64,000 nt of DNA, from assembly GCA_012799605.1 (NCBI GenBank), contig JAAZKX010000003.1, forward strand, positions 4,552 to 68,551. The letters are read 5' to 3'. A program made the translations under genes and the position numbers. Below, one piece after another: positions 17,801 through 27,899 of the stretch; within the stretch, counting starts at the first letter, position 1; each line of letters opens with the position of its first letter. Source of the stretch: Bacillota bacterium (GTDB lineage Bacteria; Bacillota; DTU030; DUMP01). The notes below the pieces were generated by a model that ran no database searches, was not told where the DNA came from, and saw only the letters and a program-made list of their open reading frames with translations.

Positions 17801-18841
17801 CTAACCGTCCGGGCTCATGCCGGGGGGAGGTTCTACTTGGGTCCCCGTATAATAATGCTCGAGTATGGCCCGAAAATCATAGCCCTGTTCGGCTAGCCTA
17901 TTGGCCCCGTACTGACACATGCCCACCCCGTGGCCTTTCCCATGGGTTATAAACACCACTTTCCCGGCCTCGGCCAGCCGCCAGCTAAAACCAGTGGAAT
18001 TAAGCCCCAACCGTTGGCGGACATCAGGCCCGGTCAAACTAACATCCCCGGCCCGAAACCTATGTACTCGTCCACCGGCCGTCCGCTCTAACACCTCAAG
18101 ATCAATACCGCCGCTGGCCAAAAGCGTAATCTTACCCCCCAGTTGCTGCTCTAATTCAGCTAGACTAAAGGTTGTTTCCACCGCCACATGCTTATTTTCA
18201 GTACCACAACAGCATTCAACCGGTACGAGGTAGGGCACCGGGTTTCCCCAAACAGCCTCCACAGCCTCTGTCCCCAAACCACCACAGCTGGCATGATAAA
18301 CCGGATCGATCAGTTCATGGTTGTAGGTAATTATTAAGCCCTGGGTGGCTGCTACTGCCTCAGCAATCTTTAGCCGGTACTCAGGATAAGAAAAGATCCC
18401 CCAGCGCTGCCGTAGTTCATCCTCGCCCAAAAAGGCCTGGCAACAATTAGGGTCCGTGCAAATATCGGCTGCTTGATTTTTGGGGCAACCGTTACCACCG
18501 TAAATTCGGCAGCGGCGCAAGGCATACGTTCGTGCCGCTACAGCCTGGGCCCGCAAGGCTTCAGGTTCGAACCGGGCCGGCATTTCGCCAGCTACAACCC
18601 CGATTAAATAATCATCTAAATTCATTTCCTCGATCATACCGGTGCTGGCCTGAAATACCTTTAACATCGGCACCATTGATTCTACCCTGGCGTCTGATCC
18701 TGGTACAATATCCTGGGGAAGTGGCTTTGGACCCGGATAAAAGCTTACCACAGCAGCAGGAATCAGGAGAACGATAGCCGCCACCAGCAATACTGCAGCC
18801 GCAATAAAACTCCTCAAGGCCACCTTCCCCCTCTGCGCCAT
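17801..18841 (-). CDS. spoIID: Stage II sporulation protein D (SpoIID/LytB-domain lytic transglycosylase)
   Basis: 346 aa with an N-terminal TM. Blocks LDDYLIGVVAGEMP, EALRAQAVAARTYAL, YHASCGG and GHGVGMCQYGA. Confidence 0.9.
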   Translation of the reverse strand: MAQRGKVALRSFIAAAVLLVAAIVLLIPAAVVSFYPGPKPLPQDIVPGSDARVESMVPMLKVFQASTGMIEEMNLDDYLIGVVAGEMPARFEPEALRAQAVAARTYALRRCRIYGGNGCPKNQAADICTDPNCCQAFLGEDELRQRWGIFSYPEYRLKIAEAVAATQGLIITYNHELIDPVYHASCGGLGTEAVEAVWGNPVPYLVPVECCCGTENKHVAVETTFSLAELEQQLGGKITLLASGGIDLEVLERTAGGRVHRFRAGDVSLTGPDVRQRLGLNSTGFSWRLAEAGKVVFITHGKGHGVGMCQYGANRLAEQGYDFRAILEHYYTGTQVEPPPGMSPDG

Positions 18842-18935
18842 CTCAGCTCAACCTTTTAGCTGCCTGTTGACATCTATATGAAGCTGCTGCAGAGGGTATG
18901 CGTTATACTTTTACACTACAAGCCTCATCCGCCTT

Positions 18936-19148
18936 CTACTTTATATTTCTATCTTGGCGGGTGACATAGCGATAAAGATTATAGAACCCGGCAGCAATCG
19001 TAATCAAAACCAGCAAGCTGGAAAAAATACTGCCCGTACCGTAGCGAGCATCGATGAAATTTCCCAAATAGTAGCTGGCGCTGATACCGATGGCCAGACC
19101 CAAAGTAAATTTGCTCGCAGTTAGAATCCAACCGATCCTGCTGCGCAT
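18936..19148 (-). CDS. AtpZ/AtpI-family small membrane protein (orphan, no adjacent atp genes)
   Basis: Start chosen at ATG 19148 with AAAGGAGGGG RBS. Two predicted TM helices with a central GNFIDARYGTGSIF block like the ATPase_gene1 family. Weak assignment. Confidence 0.5.
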   Translation of the reverse strand: MRSRIGWILTASKFTLGLAIGISASYYLGNFIDARYGTGSIFSSLLVLITIAAGFYNLYRYVTRQDRNIK

Positions 19149-19165
19149 AAAAGCCCCTCCTTTTG

Positions 19166-20311
19166 TCACCGGCCAAGTGGCTTGTTGGCCCTATCGCCAA
19201 AGTATTCCCTCAGCCCCTTGACAATCCGGCTGGCCGCCTGGCCGTCCCCGTACGGATTAATTGCCTGGGCCATACAATTGTAGGCCTTGGTGTCGGTTAA
19301 CAGTTTTCGGGCTGCCAGCACCACTTTTTCTTTTTCTGTCCCAACTACTTTTACCGTACCGGCCGATACCGCTTCCGGCCGTTCGGTAACATTGCGCAAC
19401 ACCAGCACCGGGCGGCCCAAGGATGGGGCCTCTTCTTGGATCCCACCCGAGTCGCTCAAAATCATGTATGACCGGGCCATCAGGTTAGCAAAATCAGCAT
19501 ATCCCAAAGGCTCCAATAAACAAATCCGCGGCCGGCCCCTCAAGATGCGCCGGACCGGCTCTTGCACCTTTGGGTTTAAATGCACAGGAAAAATAATGGC
19601 CACATCCGGATGCTGATCTATTATTTCAGCTATCGCCCAACAGACGTTCTCCAACGGCTGCCCCCAATTTTCCCGCCGGTGCACCTCCACTACTAGCGTC
19701 CGGTATTTATGCCAGTCCCAGGATTTAAGTTTAGGATGCTCAAATTCATAATCTTCAGCCACCGTTAGAAAAAGTGCATCGATAGCCGTGTTGCCGGTAA
19801 CCAATATTCGCTCGGGGGGCACGTTTTCTTGTAGTAGGTTTGCTCGGGAAACCGTTGTGGGAGCAAAATGCAAGTCAGCCAAAACACCGGTTAAGCAGCG
19901 GTTCAATTCCTCCGGGTAGGGAAAATATTTGATCCCTGTTCGCAGACCTGCTTCTACATGCCCGACTGCAATTTGCCGGTAAAATGATGCTAAAGCAGCA
20001 GCAAAGGTGGTAGTCGTATCACCATGAACCAAAACCATATCCGGTTGTTCTACAGCCAACACTTCATCCAGCTTAATAAGCACCCGGCTGGTAATCTGGG
20101 TTAGGCTTTGGGCCGCTTCCATTATATCCAAATCATAATCCGGCTGGATGGAAAACAAATCCAGAACCTGATCCAACATTTCACGATGCTGGGCTGTAAC
20201 GGCCACTTTAGCATCAAATTCCGGTACCAATGCCAATTCCTTTACCAGCGGTGCCATTTTAATCGCTTCCGGCCGGGTACCAAATACCGACATAATTTTA
20301 ATCTTGTCCAT
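19166..20311 (-). CDS. wecB: UDP-N-acetylglucosamine 2-epimerase (non-hydrolysing)
   Basis: Start at ATG 20311 with AAAGGAG RBS. Blocks IMSVFGTRPEAIKMAP, HGDTTTT, HVEAGLRT, SDSGGIQEEAPSLGRPVLVLR. Confidence 0.9.
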   Translation of the reverse strand: MDKIKIMSVFGTRPEAIKMAPLVKELALVPEFDAKVAVTAQHREMLDQVLDLFSIQPDYDLDIMEAAQSLTQITSRVLIKLDEVLAVEQPDMVLVHGDTTTTFAAALASFYRQIAVGHVEAGLRTGIKYFPYPEELNRCLTGVLADLHFAPTTVSRANLLQENVPPERILVTGNTAIDALFLTVAEDYEFEHPKLKSWDWHKYRTLVVEVHRRENWGQPLENVCWAIAEIIDQHPDVAIIFPVHLNPKVQEPVRRILRGRPRICLLEPLGYADFANLMARSYMILSDSGGIQEEAPSLGRPVLVLRNVTERPEAVSAGTVKVVGTEKEKVVLAARKLLTDTKAYNCMAQAINPYGDGQAASRIVKGLREYFGDRANKPLGR

Positions 20312-20405
20312 AACCTTAACTCCTTTACCTCGCATTTAGCGCTATCTGTCCAGCCGGCACCTCGGCTACTTGCGCCGGGCAAGCAGCGCTTAAAACTGAG
20401 GTGCT

Positions 20406-20438
20406 GTAAAAAACGGAGGCCCCAAACGGGACCTCCGT
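20406..20438 (-). terminator. Rho-independent terminator after the GT4 transferase gene
   Basis: Stem ACGGAGG(C)CCC / GGG(A)CCTCCGT followed by UUUUUU on the minus strand, about 25 nt after the stop at 20464. Confidence 0.7.
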
Positions 20439-20463
20439 ATTTATTTGCGCTGGTTTAAGTCAC

Positions 20464-21555
20464 TTAACCCCGTAGATCCCGGCCATCATGCTTAGTTACA
20501 AGCGGCTCGCCGCTGGATCGGCCAATGGCCAAGGTCAACCCCAAACCTACCAACAGCAACGCTATAGCTACCAGTCGGGAGCCAGCTTCAGCTACAGCCA
20601 CGGCACTGAGGCCAAAACAGCCGCTGACAAAGTATAAAATAACAACCGCCTGCCGCTGGTTTAATCCTAAGGCCAACAACCGGTGATGCAAATGGCCCCG
20701 GTCCGCTTGAAAGATCGAGCGCCCATTGGCAAAGCGACGGATAATAGCCAGGCTAGTATCTATAATCGGCAGTCCCAATGCTAATAACGGCACTGCCAAA
20801 GCAATAGTGGTAGCACTTTTTAGGGTTCCTTGAATTGCTGCTGCCCCGAGGACAAAACCCAGCAGCATCGATCCCGTATCACCCATAAAGATACGGGCCG
20901 GATAAAAATTATGGGGCAGAAAGCCCAAAGCAGCTCCGGCAATGGCCGCCGTCAGAATGGTGACCTGATACTGGCCCTGCTGCCAGGCTGCAACCCACAG
21001 GGTCAAAGATGCAATGGCCCCGACCCCGGCCGCCAAACCATCCAAGCCATCGATTAAGTTCATCGTGTTGGTGATGCCTACTAGCCAAAAAACCGTCAGC
21101 GGCAGCCCCCAGTAGCCGATATAGCTCATACCAGGGAACGGACCGTGAGCCCATGGGTTGGAAACCCAATCTACGGCATTACCCGAGGCTACAAACACTG
21201 TTGCAGCCAAAATTTGTCCGGCCAACTTCCATTTTGCCGGAAGCTCCAAATAATCATCGATCAGGCCCACGATCACGATAATGAACGCTCCGCACCAAAG
21301 TTCGAGCAGATGATTCCAGTTGGGGGTCTGTGCGATCAGGGCCGTTACTGTTACCGCTACCGTAAAGCCGGCAAATATCGCCAGTCCTCCTAACCTGGGT
21401 GTCGGCGTTTTATGAATATGTCTTCCGCTCGGCTGGTCATCAGGCCGGGCAATTGCCCCCGTACGTGCAGCCAAACGTCCCACAGGCGGAGTTAGCCCAA
21501 AAGCAACCACCGCGGCCAGGGCAAAAGCTATGCTTGGTGCTACCATAAAAAACAC
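20464..21555 (-). CDS. Glycosyltransferase family 4 polyprenyl-phosphate HexNAc-1-phosphate transferase (WecA/TagO/MraY-like)
   Basis: 363 aa, polytopic membrane protein. Blocks IGLIDDYLELP, NTMNLIDGLDGLA and FMGDTGSMLLGF. Confidence 0.85.
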   Translation of the reverse strand: MFFMVAPSIAFALAAVVAFGLTPPVGRLAARTGAIARPDDQPSGRHIHKTPTPRLGGLAIFAGFTVAVTVTALIAQTPNWNHLLELWCGAFIIVIVGLIDDYLELPAKWKLAGQILAATVFVASGNAVDWVSNPWAHGPFPGMSYIGYWGLPLTVFWLVGITNTMNLIDGLDGLAAGVGAIASLTLWVAAWQQGQYQVTILTAAIAGAALGFLPHNFYPARIFMGDTGSMLLGFVLGAAAIQGTLKSATTIALAVPLLALGLPIIDTSLAIIRRFANGRSIFQADRGHLHHRLLALGLNQRQAVVILYFVSGCFGLSAVAVAEAGSRLVAIALLLVGLGLTLAIGRSSGEPLVTKHDGRDLRG

Positions 21556-21608
21556 CTCAGTCCAGGATAGAAGTTCTTCTTCATTTTAACTGCCTAGGCT
21601 ATGGCTTG

Positions 21609-21944
21609 TCAATCAAAAGCCCTCTGTTGCGATGGCGATAAGTAGCCCTTTGCCTCCAATTTAGCTATGTGATCCCGTAAAGCTTCATCCAAATCAACCC
21701 CGTGCTGTTCTTCCAGAACAAACATCATAGACACAGTGGTCTGGGCTACATCCAGCAGCTCCCGGGCTATCACCTGCATGGCTTGTTGTTCCGACAAGGT
21801 TACCCGCTCCCCATTAAGGCCGCGGAACTTACCTACCGCCTGGGCCAATTCCCCGGCTTCCTCCAACAGCTTAACCAAGGTTGATTCTAACGTAGGGTTT
21901 AGCCGATCAAGCTTTGGCAGTAGGATCCCTTTTTCCTGCACCAC
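21609..21944 (-). CDS. MazG-like nucleotide pyrophosphohydrolase domain protein
   Basis: [12 protein letters not shown] and [12 protein letters not shown] helices typical of the small MazG-like fold. Start uncertain: GTG at 21944 has GGGAGGAG 6 nt upstream, while the ORF-track TTG is at 21968. Either start overlaps the comEB 3' end. Confidence 0.65.
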   Translation of the reverse strand: MVQEKGILLPKLDRLNPTLESTLVKLLEEAGELAQAVGKFRGLNGERVTLSEQQAMQVIARELLDVAQTTVSMMFVLEEQHGVDLDEALRDHIAKLEAKGYLSPSQQRAFD

Positions 21945-22410
21945 TGCTATCTCCTCCCAATCGAACAACTTCCACCCCGGCCTCAGCTAAGATCGCTTTA
22001 GCGAGTTTGTCAGGATAATTTCCTTGGTAAACTATGCGTCTGATACCGGCATTGATTATCATTTTAGCACAAACGGAACAGGGGTAATCCGTGCAGTACA
22101 GTGTTCCGTCCCGAATACTGACTCCATGTACCGCCGCTTGAATAATGGCATTTTGTTCAGCATGGAGGCCACGGCACAATTCGTGCCGTTCGCCGGGTGG
22201 AACTTGCAGCCGCTCCCGTTCGCAGCCCACCTCCTGGCAGTGGGCAATCCCTGCCGGCGCCCCATTATACCCCGTAGTCAGCACTCGTCGCTCCTTAACT
22301 ACTATCGCTCCCACCCGGCGCCGCAGGCATGTTGATCTGCTGGATACGACAACAGCAATTTGCATAAAGTAGGTATCCCAATTCGGTCGTACTTCTTTAA
22401 CCGGCTTCAT
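21907..22410 (-). CDS. comEB: dCMP deaminase (ComEB-type)
   Basis: Start at ATG 22410 with AGGAGG RBS overlapping the glyA stop. Zinc motifs HAEQNAI and PCSVCAKMI. Confidence 0.85.
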   Translation of the reverse strand: MKPVKEVRPNWDTYFMQIAVVVSSRSTCLRRRVGAIVVKERRVLTTGYNGAPAGIAHCQEVGCERERLQVPPGERHELCRGLHAEQNAIIQAAVHGVSIRDGTLYCTDYPCSVCAKMIINAGIRRIVYQGNYPDKLAKAILAEAGVEVVRLGGDSSGAGKRDPTAKA

Positions 22411-22421
22411 GCCCGCGCCTC

Positions 22422-23669
22422 CTATAATGCAACCTCCGGGTAGAGCGGATAAGCAGCACAAAGATCTTGCACACGCGATCTGAGTTTGTCCTTTAGGCCC
22501 GGCTCTTCAAACCGGGTCAAAGCCTGAGCAATTATATCGGCAATTTCATCCATGTCAGCGACCGACAAACCCCGAGTAGTCATAGCTGGCGTACCGAGCC
22601 GGAGGCCGCTGGTTACAAAAGGGCTCTCCGGGTCGTAAGGGATAGTGTTTTTGTTTACCGTGATATTAATCTCATCTAGCATAGCCTCAGCTTCCTTGCC
22701 GGTTACTTTTTGCGGCCGAAGATCCACTAGCAGCAAATGATTATCCGTACCAGCGGACACCAGCGTAAAGCCCCGGTTTATTAGCCCGGCAGCCAAAGCT
22801 TTTGCATTAGCTACTACCTGTTGTTGATAGGCTTTGAATTCCGGAGTCAAGGCTTCCTTAAAAGCTACTGCTTTAGCTGCAATTACATGCATCAGCGGCC
22901 CGCCTTGGATGCCAGGGAAAACAGCCCTGTCTACAGCTTGGGCCTGTTCTTGGGGGGACAGAATTAACCCGCCCCGCGGCCCTCGTAAGGTCTTATGAGT
23001 AGTGCTGGTAACAAAATCGGCCACTGGTATCGGGCTCGGATGTAAGCCGGCAGCCACCAATCCAGCTATATGGGCCATATCCACCATCAAATAAGCATCA
23101 ACTTCCTGAGCTATGGAAGCGAAGGCATCAAAATCAATCAGGCGGGGATAAGCAGTGGCCCCAGCTACGATCAAGCGGGGACGCTCGCGCTTGGCGATGG
23201 AGCGCACCTTATCATAATCGATACGGCCCGTCTTCTCATTTACCCCGTAGTCAACAATCCGGAACCATTTGCCGGAAAGGTTGACCGGATGCCCATGGGT
23301 TAAATGCCCGCCGTGGGTAAGGTTCATGCCCAAGATAGTATCTCCGGGATCCAAAACTGCAAAATAAACAGCCGTATTGGCTTGGCTGCCGGAGTGCGGC
23401 TGGACATTGGCATGTTCTGCTTGGAACAGCTTACAGGCACGCTCTTGGGCCAATCTTTCAGCTATGTCTACATACTCACAACCGCCATAATATCGCCGTC
23501 CGGGGTATCCCTCCGCATATTTATTGGTCAAAACTGATCCTTGGGCTTCAAGCACTGCCCGGCTGGCAAAATTTTCGGAGGCAATCAGTTCTAAATGACT
23601 CTGCTGGCGTAACAATTCCTTTTTGATACTGTCGGCTATTTTAGGATCCAGTGTCTGTAAAGATCCCAT
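22422..23669 (-). CDS. glyA: Serine hydroxymethyltransferase
   Basis: Start at ATG 23669 with AAGGAG RBS. Blocks [23 protein letters not shown] and [14 protein letters not shown]. Confidence 0.95.
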   Translation of the reverse strand: MGSLQTLDPKIADSIKKELLRQQSHLELIASENFASRAVLEAQGSVLTNKYAEGYPGRRYYGGCEYVDIAERLAQERACKLFQAEHANVQPHSGSQANTAVYFAVLDPGDTILGMNLTHGGHLTHGHPVNLSGKWFRIVDYGVNEKTGRIDYDKVRSIAKRERPRLIVAGATAYPRLIDFDAFASIAQEVDAYLMVDMAHIAGLVAAGLHPSPIPVADFVTSTTHKTLRGPRGGLILSPQEQAQAVDRAVFPGIQGGPLMHVIAAKAVAFKEALTPEFKAYQQQVVANAKALAAGLINRGFTLVSAGTDNHLLLVDLRPQKVTGKEAEAMLDEINITVNKNTIPYDPESPFVTSGLRLGTPAMTTRGLSVADMDEIADIIAQALTRFEEPGLKDKLRSRVQDLCAAYPLYPEVAL

Positions 23670-23717
23670 CTTACATTTCTCCTTATCGTAAAAATAGCTC
23701 CGATACCGGTTCATTCT

Positions 23718-24161
23718 TTAGGGCCTACATTCTACAGCGCCTATTTTCTGTACCCGCCGGGCGTGACGCCCTCCCTGCGGAACCGCTGCCAACCAAATGC
23801 GAACAATCTCCTCGGCCAAGCCGAGTCCGATCACCCTAGCACCCAGTACCAATACATTGGCATGATTATGTTCACGGCTAGCACGGGCAGAAAAAGTATC
23901 GCCGCAGAGCGCCGCCCGCACCCCCGGTACTTTGTTAGCCACCATGGACATACCAATTCCGGTGCCGCAAACCAAAATCCCCAGCCCTACTTCTTGCTCC
24001 GCCACTTTCCGGGCCACTGCCAGGCCAATGTCGGGATAGTCGCAGGATTCAGTGCTATCGGTCCCCAAATCCTGATAGGGGATATCCAGCCCATCGAGCC
24101 AGGTTTTAATCGCTTCTTTTAGATCAAAGCCGGCGTGGTCGCTACCGAGAATTAATTTCAA
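23718..24161 (-). CDS. rpiB: Ribose-5-phosphate isomerase B
   Basis: 147 aa. MKLILGSDHAGFDLK, ILVCGTGIGMSMVANK and ASREHNHANVLVLG. Confidence 0.9.
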   Translation of the reverse strand: MKLILGSDHAGFDLKEAIKTWLDGLDIPYQDLGTDSTESCDYPDIGLAVARKVAEQEVGLGILVCGTGIGMSMVANKVPGVRAALCGDTFSARASREHNHANVLVLGARVIGLGLAEEIVRIWLAAVPQGGRHARRVQKIGAVECRP

Positions 24162-24267
24162 TGGTAATCACCTTCTGTCATAGTCATACCCGGTATGATG
24201 TGGATTCTTTCTTACACCTGGGGCATCTTTCTTACTTGCTTTTGCACAGGCCAGGGTCAGCTTTGGT

Positions 24268-25893
24268 TTACAACTTTACATCGGCTCCCAACACCCCAAC
24301 AATCTCACCTTGAAAACGGAGCGGCAATGCCAACGTAACACAAGGCCGATAAGTTGCAGTAGAAATATAAATATCCGTTTGAACTTTTTCCCCTTGGCAA
24401 GCCTTTTGATACCAGGGCCGGTGCGAAACATCCAAGTCTAATCCTTCTTGGGTCATGGCCATCGTTCTACCATCCAGATTAACAGTATACATCAGTTCAA
24501 AACAAGGATGGGCGGCTTGTTTTTTATGAAGCTGGGCCAGCTGTTCTTGTACTGGCGCCCGGACAAAGTTAGGATTCACGCTCAAAGGCTCCAGCACCCG
24601 CCAGCCTTGATCCACAGTAGTTTTAAGTATTTCGGCCGACACTTCGAGATTGCCGAACTTACGGGTAAGATCATAAAGCCGGTCGGCCATAACCGAAAGT
24701 CTATTGGCTGCCCCAGCCATTTGTTCAACGCTGGCTGTTTGTTCCTCGACAGCTGCCGCTGCTTCTTGGCTACCGGCAGCAGTTTGCTGAGCACTGTGAT
24801 TGACAGCGTCCATCAGCTGGGCTACATCGGCAACCCCCTGTACCTGCTCGTCCACATGCCGGGTTATTTCCGTTACCTTGGTGCGGAGTCCTCCCAGAAC
24901 CGTAAGCATGGCTGCCAATGCTTCCCGAGCGTGATTGGATTGCGCGGCTGCCGCCCGTGACTTTTCAGCCTGCTCTTCCATGGCTGCAGCCAAGGCGCAA
25001 TCTTCTTCATGAATGCGATTTAAGATCGTAGTTATTTCCTTCGCTGCTTTGGCAGCTTGCTCAGCTAACTTCCTGATTTCAGCGGCTACTACCGCAAAAC
25101 CCCGACCTTGTTCACCGGCCCGGGCAGCTTCAATAGCCGCATTTAAAGCCAGTAAATTTGTCTGCTCGCTGATTTGAGTCACGCTGGCCACAATGGCACC
25201 GACCTCGCGCGTACCTTCAGTATGCTGGTGTACGTCAGCGGCTAATATCTCGCTGCGTTCAGCAGTCATCTCCACTGCTTCAAGCAGCGCTTCCAACGCT
25301 TCGCGGCTGGTATTTACATCTGCTGCCACCTGATCTGCCGCCTGTTCACTGTCCTTGACCCTGGCAGCGATGGATTCGGCGCCGATATTCATCTGATTTG
25401 TTTTCGCGACAGTATCAGTAGCAGCTTGGGCTTGTTTGGAAGCCTGGTGGGCCATTTCCTGGACCACTTCAGCGACCTGAGCCATAGCTTCTTGAGCTTG
25501 ACCGCTGCCCGATTCCAGCTGGGCGGCTGAGGTCCGCATCTGGTCAGCTGCCACCTGTAGTTCACCCAAAATTCGTTGTAGCCTGGCGGCCAACTGCTTT
25601 AACGGTGAAGCCAGCAGATAGGCTGACCCCATAAGCTGTTGGGGAAATTCAGTATAGGTTTCCCCGGCAGCTAGCGCCTGTAGATATTCAACTATGCTAG
25701 CCAGGGTGCGGCGTTGCCAGACATTATCGAACCAGACATAACCTAACGTTATCAGCCCCCACCATAGTAACAAGCTCGGCCAAAACCAGGTCGTTTTAAC
25801 ATTACGTCCAAGCCAGATTGTACCGCCACTGCAAAGTACTGCTGATACAAACGCCGGCAGAACCTGATAAAGTACTCTTCCCCCTTTGTTCAC
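24268..25893 (-). CDS. Methyl-accepting chemotaxis protein with cytoplasmic C-terminal Cache/PDC-like domain
   Basis: 541 aa. Two closely spaced N-terminal TM helices. MCP signalling hairpin [37 protein letters not shown]-terminal module of about 110 aa carries HRPWYQKA and GVLGADVKL. Confidence 0.85.
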   Translation of the reverse strand: MNKGGRVLYQVLPAFVSAVLCSGGTIWLGRNVKTTWFWPSLLLWWGLITLGYVWFDNVWQRRTLASIVEYLQALAAGETYTEFPQQLMGSAYLLASPLKQLAARLQRILGELQVAADQMRTSAAQLESGSGQAQEAMAQVAEVVQEMAHQASKQAQAATDTVAKTNQMNIGAESIAARVKDSEQAADQVAADVNTSREALEALLEAVEMTAERSEILAADVHQHTEGTREVGAIVASVTQISEQTNLLALNAAIEAARAGEQGRGFAVVAAEIRKLAEQAAKAAKEITTILNRIHEEDCALAAAMEEQAEKSRAAAAQSNHAREALAAMLTVLGGLRTKVTEITRHVDEQVQGVADVAQLMDAVNHSAQQTAAGSQEAAAAVEEQTASVEQMAGAANRLSVMADRLYDLTRKFGNLEVSAEILKTTVDQGWRVLEPLSVNPNFVRAPVQEQLAQLHKKQAAHPCFELMYTVNLDGRTMAMTQEGLDLDVSHRPWYQKACQGEKVQTDIYISTATYRPCVTLALPLRFQGEIVGVLGADVKL

Positions 25894-25994
25894 TTGTCTA
25901 TCCCCCCTGTTAGACTTGGGCCTAGTTGCCCAATAGCAAAGGTTTTAAACTTTGTTATGTATTCAGTTCGTTACCAAAGGGCGGCTTCCCTGCC

Positions 25995-26501
25995 TTAGTC
26001 TCCGGATGACGAAGCCTTTTGGCTGATATATTCTACTATAGGCCGGAGCAGGTACCTCATTTGTTCGCGGACCTGGCGGTAAACGTACAGCGACTGCCCA
26101 AAGGGGTCGTCCACAGTCAAAGCAGCCTCGGAGCTGCCTTCTAAACCGGACAGGGTAGCTAATTGACCTAGGCTATACGTTTTCTTTTCGGCAGCCGGCT
26201 CCAAAGCCAAAACAAGCTCTTTTTGGGACGGGGTCATGGTTAAGATCAAATCAGCCGCCTGAAGCATCTCCCTCGTAACTCGGCGGGCCCGGTGACCAGT
26301 CAGATCCAATCCTTCTTCTTGCATCACTTCCACAGCAGGCAAAGCAGCCCTGCTTCCCGGGTTGGCCCCCAATCCGGCTGATTCTATTTTGATACCAGCC
26401 GCTTCAGCACCCATCTTCTGAGCCAGAATATGCTCAAGCAAGGCTGCCGCCATCGGGCTGCGGCAAGTATTGCCGGTACAGATTAACAGCACTGTCAGCA
26501 T
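25995..26501 (-). CDS. ywlE: Low-molecular-weight protein phosphatase, YwlE (arginine phosphatase)-type
   Basis: Start at ATG 26501 with AAGGAGG upstream. P-loop ICTGNTCRSPMAAA, with Thr at the position associated with pArg specificity. The ORF-track N-terminal extension was rejected. Confidence 0.85.
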   Translation of the reverse strand: MLTVLLICTGNTCRSPMAAALLEHILAQKMGAEAAGIKIESAGLGANPGSRAALPAVEVMQEEGLDLTGHRARRVTREMLQAADLILTMTPSQKELVLALEPAAEKKTYSLGQLATLSGLEGSSEAALTVDDPFGQSLYVYRQVREQMRYLLRPIVEYISQKASSSGD

Positions 26502-26770
26502 AAGCCTGATCGGCCTCCTTTTATCAACATAACAAGACCTAACAAAACAAAAGCAACTCCGGCAGCCATTTGTAAAACCTGGGGAGGGATGATCCTTGTC
26601 AGTGCTTCGCCAGCCAGCACACCGACAAAGCTGGACAATACCAACGCACCAGCGGAACCTGCGAACACCAACCACGGGGCACGGCATTCCGCAGCCAAAA
26701 GCATTGTTGCCAGCTGGGTCTTATCGCCCAGCTCTGCCAAAAACACCAAGGTAAAGGCTTTCCAAAACAA
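26495..26770 (-). CDS. UPF0016 (GDT1/TMEM165) half-size cation transporter
   Basis: 91 aa with three hydrophobic segments and a single signature LAELGDKTQLAT (E-x-G-D-K-T). Its stop overlaps the ywlE start within ATGCTGA. Confidence 0.75.
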   Translation of the reverse strand: MFWKAFTLVFLAELGDKTQLATMLLAAECRAPWLVFAGSAGALVLSSFVGVLAGEALTRIIPPQVLQMAAGVAFVLLGLVMLIKGGRSGLC

Positions 26771-26813
26771 AATGCAAACCCCCCATTATTTAATAAATTG
26801 CCCGCTTGAAATT

Positions 26814-27890
26814 TTAAGCCTTGATAATCCGATAGCCGGCTGCTTTTCGCAGGCGGTTCATTACCGCCAAACCCAAACCGACCATGTCGACGCCTTCGGC
26901 TAGAATAATTTGAATACCCTCAGCATCCAGTTGGCGCAGCAGACTGAATAAGTTGGCTGCTACTGTAGCCAGGTCTTCACGCGCCCCTACTAGACTAGCC
27001 TTTCTCGCCCCATAGCAGTGTATTGTTTCGGTAGTGGCCATAATAGCCACGCGTTTTCCGCGGTTAACATAGTCATCGTATAATATGCAGATTTTAGCTA
27101 CAATATCTGCCGGTCTGCCTTCCACTACCACCAGTTCAGCTTTAGGCGCATAATGTTTGTATTTCATCCCCGGGGCCCTGGCCTTGATCCCCCGGGGTAT
27201 GCTGGTCTGGATAATGGCAGGGTCGACCGAAATGGAGGAAATCTCTTCCCTAAGCTGCTCCAAAGTCAAGCCACCCGGCCGTAAAATTTGTGGTGGAGTT
27301 ACGGTTACATCCAAAACAGTGCTTTCCACCCCTACCCCTGTAGGCCCACTATCAATGATCATCTGAATTCGTCCGGCTAAATCGTTCACCACGTGTTCCG
27401 CTGTGGTTGGGCTCGGCCGCCCGGATATGTTGGCGCTAGGACCTGCCAACGGACAGCCGCTCATCTCTATCAGGGCCAAGGCTACCGGGTGAGCTGGCAT
27501 CCGCACGGCTACAGTGCTAAGTCCGCCTCTGGTCTCTTTTGGCACGCAATCGCTAGCTGCAAATACTAAGGTTAACGGCCCGGGCCAAAATCTTTTTATT
27601 AATCTATCAGCAACCGGTGGCACATCCCGCACTAAGCCCATAATTTCTTGGGGCCGAGCCACATGCACTATCAGCGGGTTATCCGCTGGGCGTCTTTTGG
27701 CCGCATAGATGCTGGCTGCCACCATCGGGTCGAGGGCATTACCGCCAAGCCCGTAAACCGTTTCGGTTGGAAAAGCTACCAACCCGCCACCGCGGATAAT
27801 GCGGCCGGCTTCCTCCAGTTGCACCAAATCGTAAGATTGTTTAACCCTGATAACCTTGGTTCCATTGATCAGCTGCATAAAAGCTTGCAC
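26814..27890 (-). CDS. tsaC: L-threonylcarbamoyladenylate synthase (TsaC/Sua5/YwlC, long form)
   Basis: 358 aa. VAFPTETVYGLGGNA, KRRPADNPLIVHV, SANISGRPSPTTA and a C-terminal Sua5 domain. Confidence 0.9.
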   Translation of the reverse strand: MQAFMQLINGTKVIRVKQSYDLVQLEEAGRIIRGGGLVAFPTETVYGLGGNALDPMVAASIYAAKRRPADNPLIVHVARPQEIMGLVRDVPPVADRLIKRFWPGPLTLVFAASDCVPKETRGGLSTVAVRMPAHPVALALIEMSGCPLAGPSANISGRPSPTTAEHVVNDLAGRIQMIIDSGPTGVGVESTVLDVTVTPPQILRPGGLTLEQLREEISSISVDPAIIQTSIPRGIKARAPGMKYKHYAPKAELVVVEGRPADIVAKICILYDDYVNRGKRVAIMATTETIHCYGARKASLVGAREDLATVAANLFSLLRQLDAEGIQIILAEGVDMVGLGLAVMNRLRKAAGYRIIKA

Positions 27891-27899
27891 CCTTTTTTG

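Noticed and set aside
25995-26687. ORF-track N-terminal extensions of ywlE. Similar extensions affect 11939-13168, 15350-16453, 16475-16804, 22422-23714, 21907-22461, 59052-60758 and 38286-39290.
   Set aside because: The extensions overlap upstream genes or leaders and lack homology-like sequence. Internal starts with good Shine-Dalgarno sites give canonical protein N-termini.
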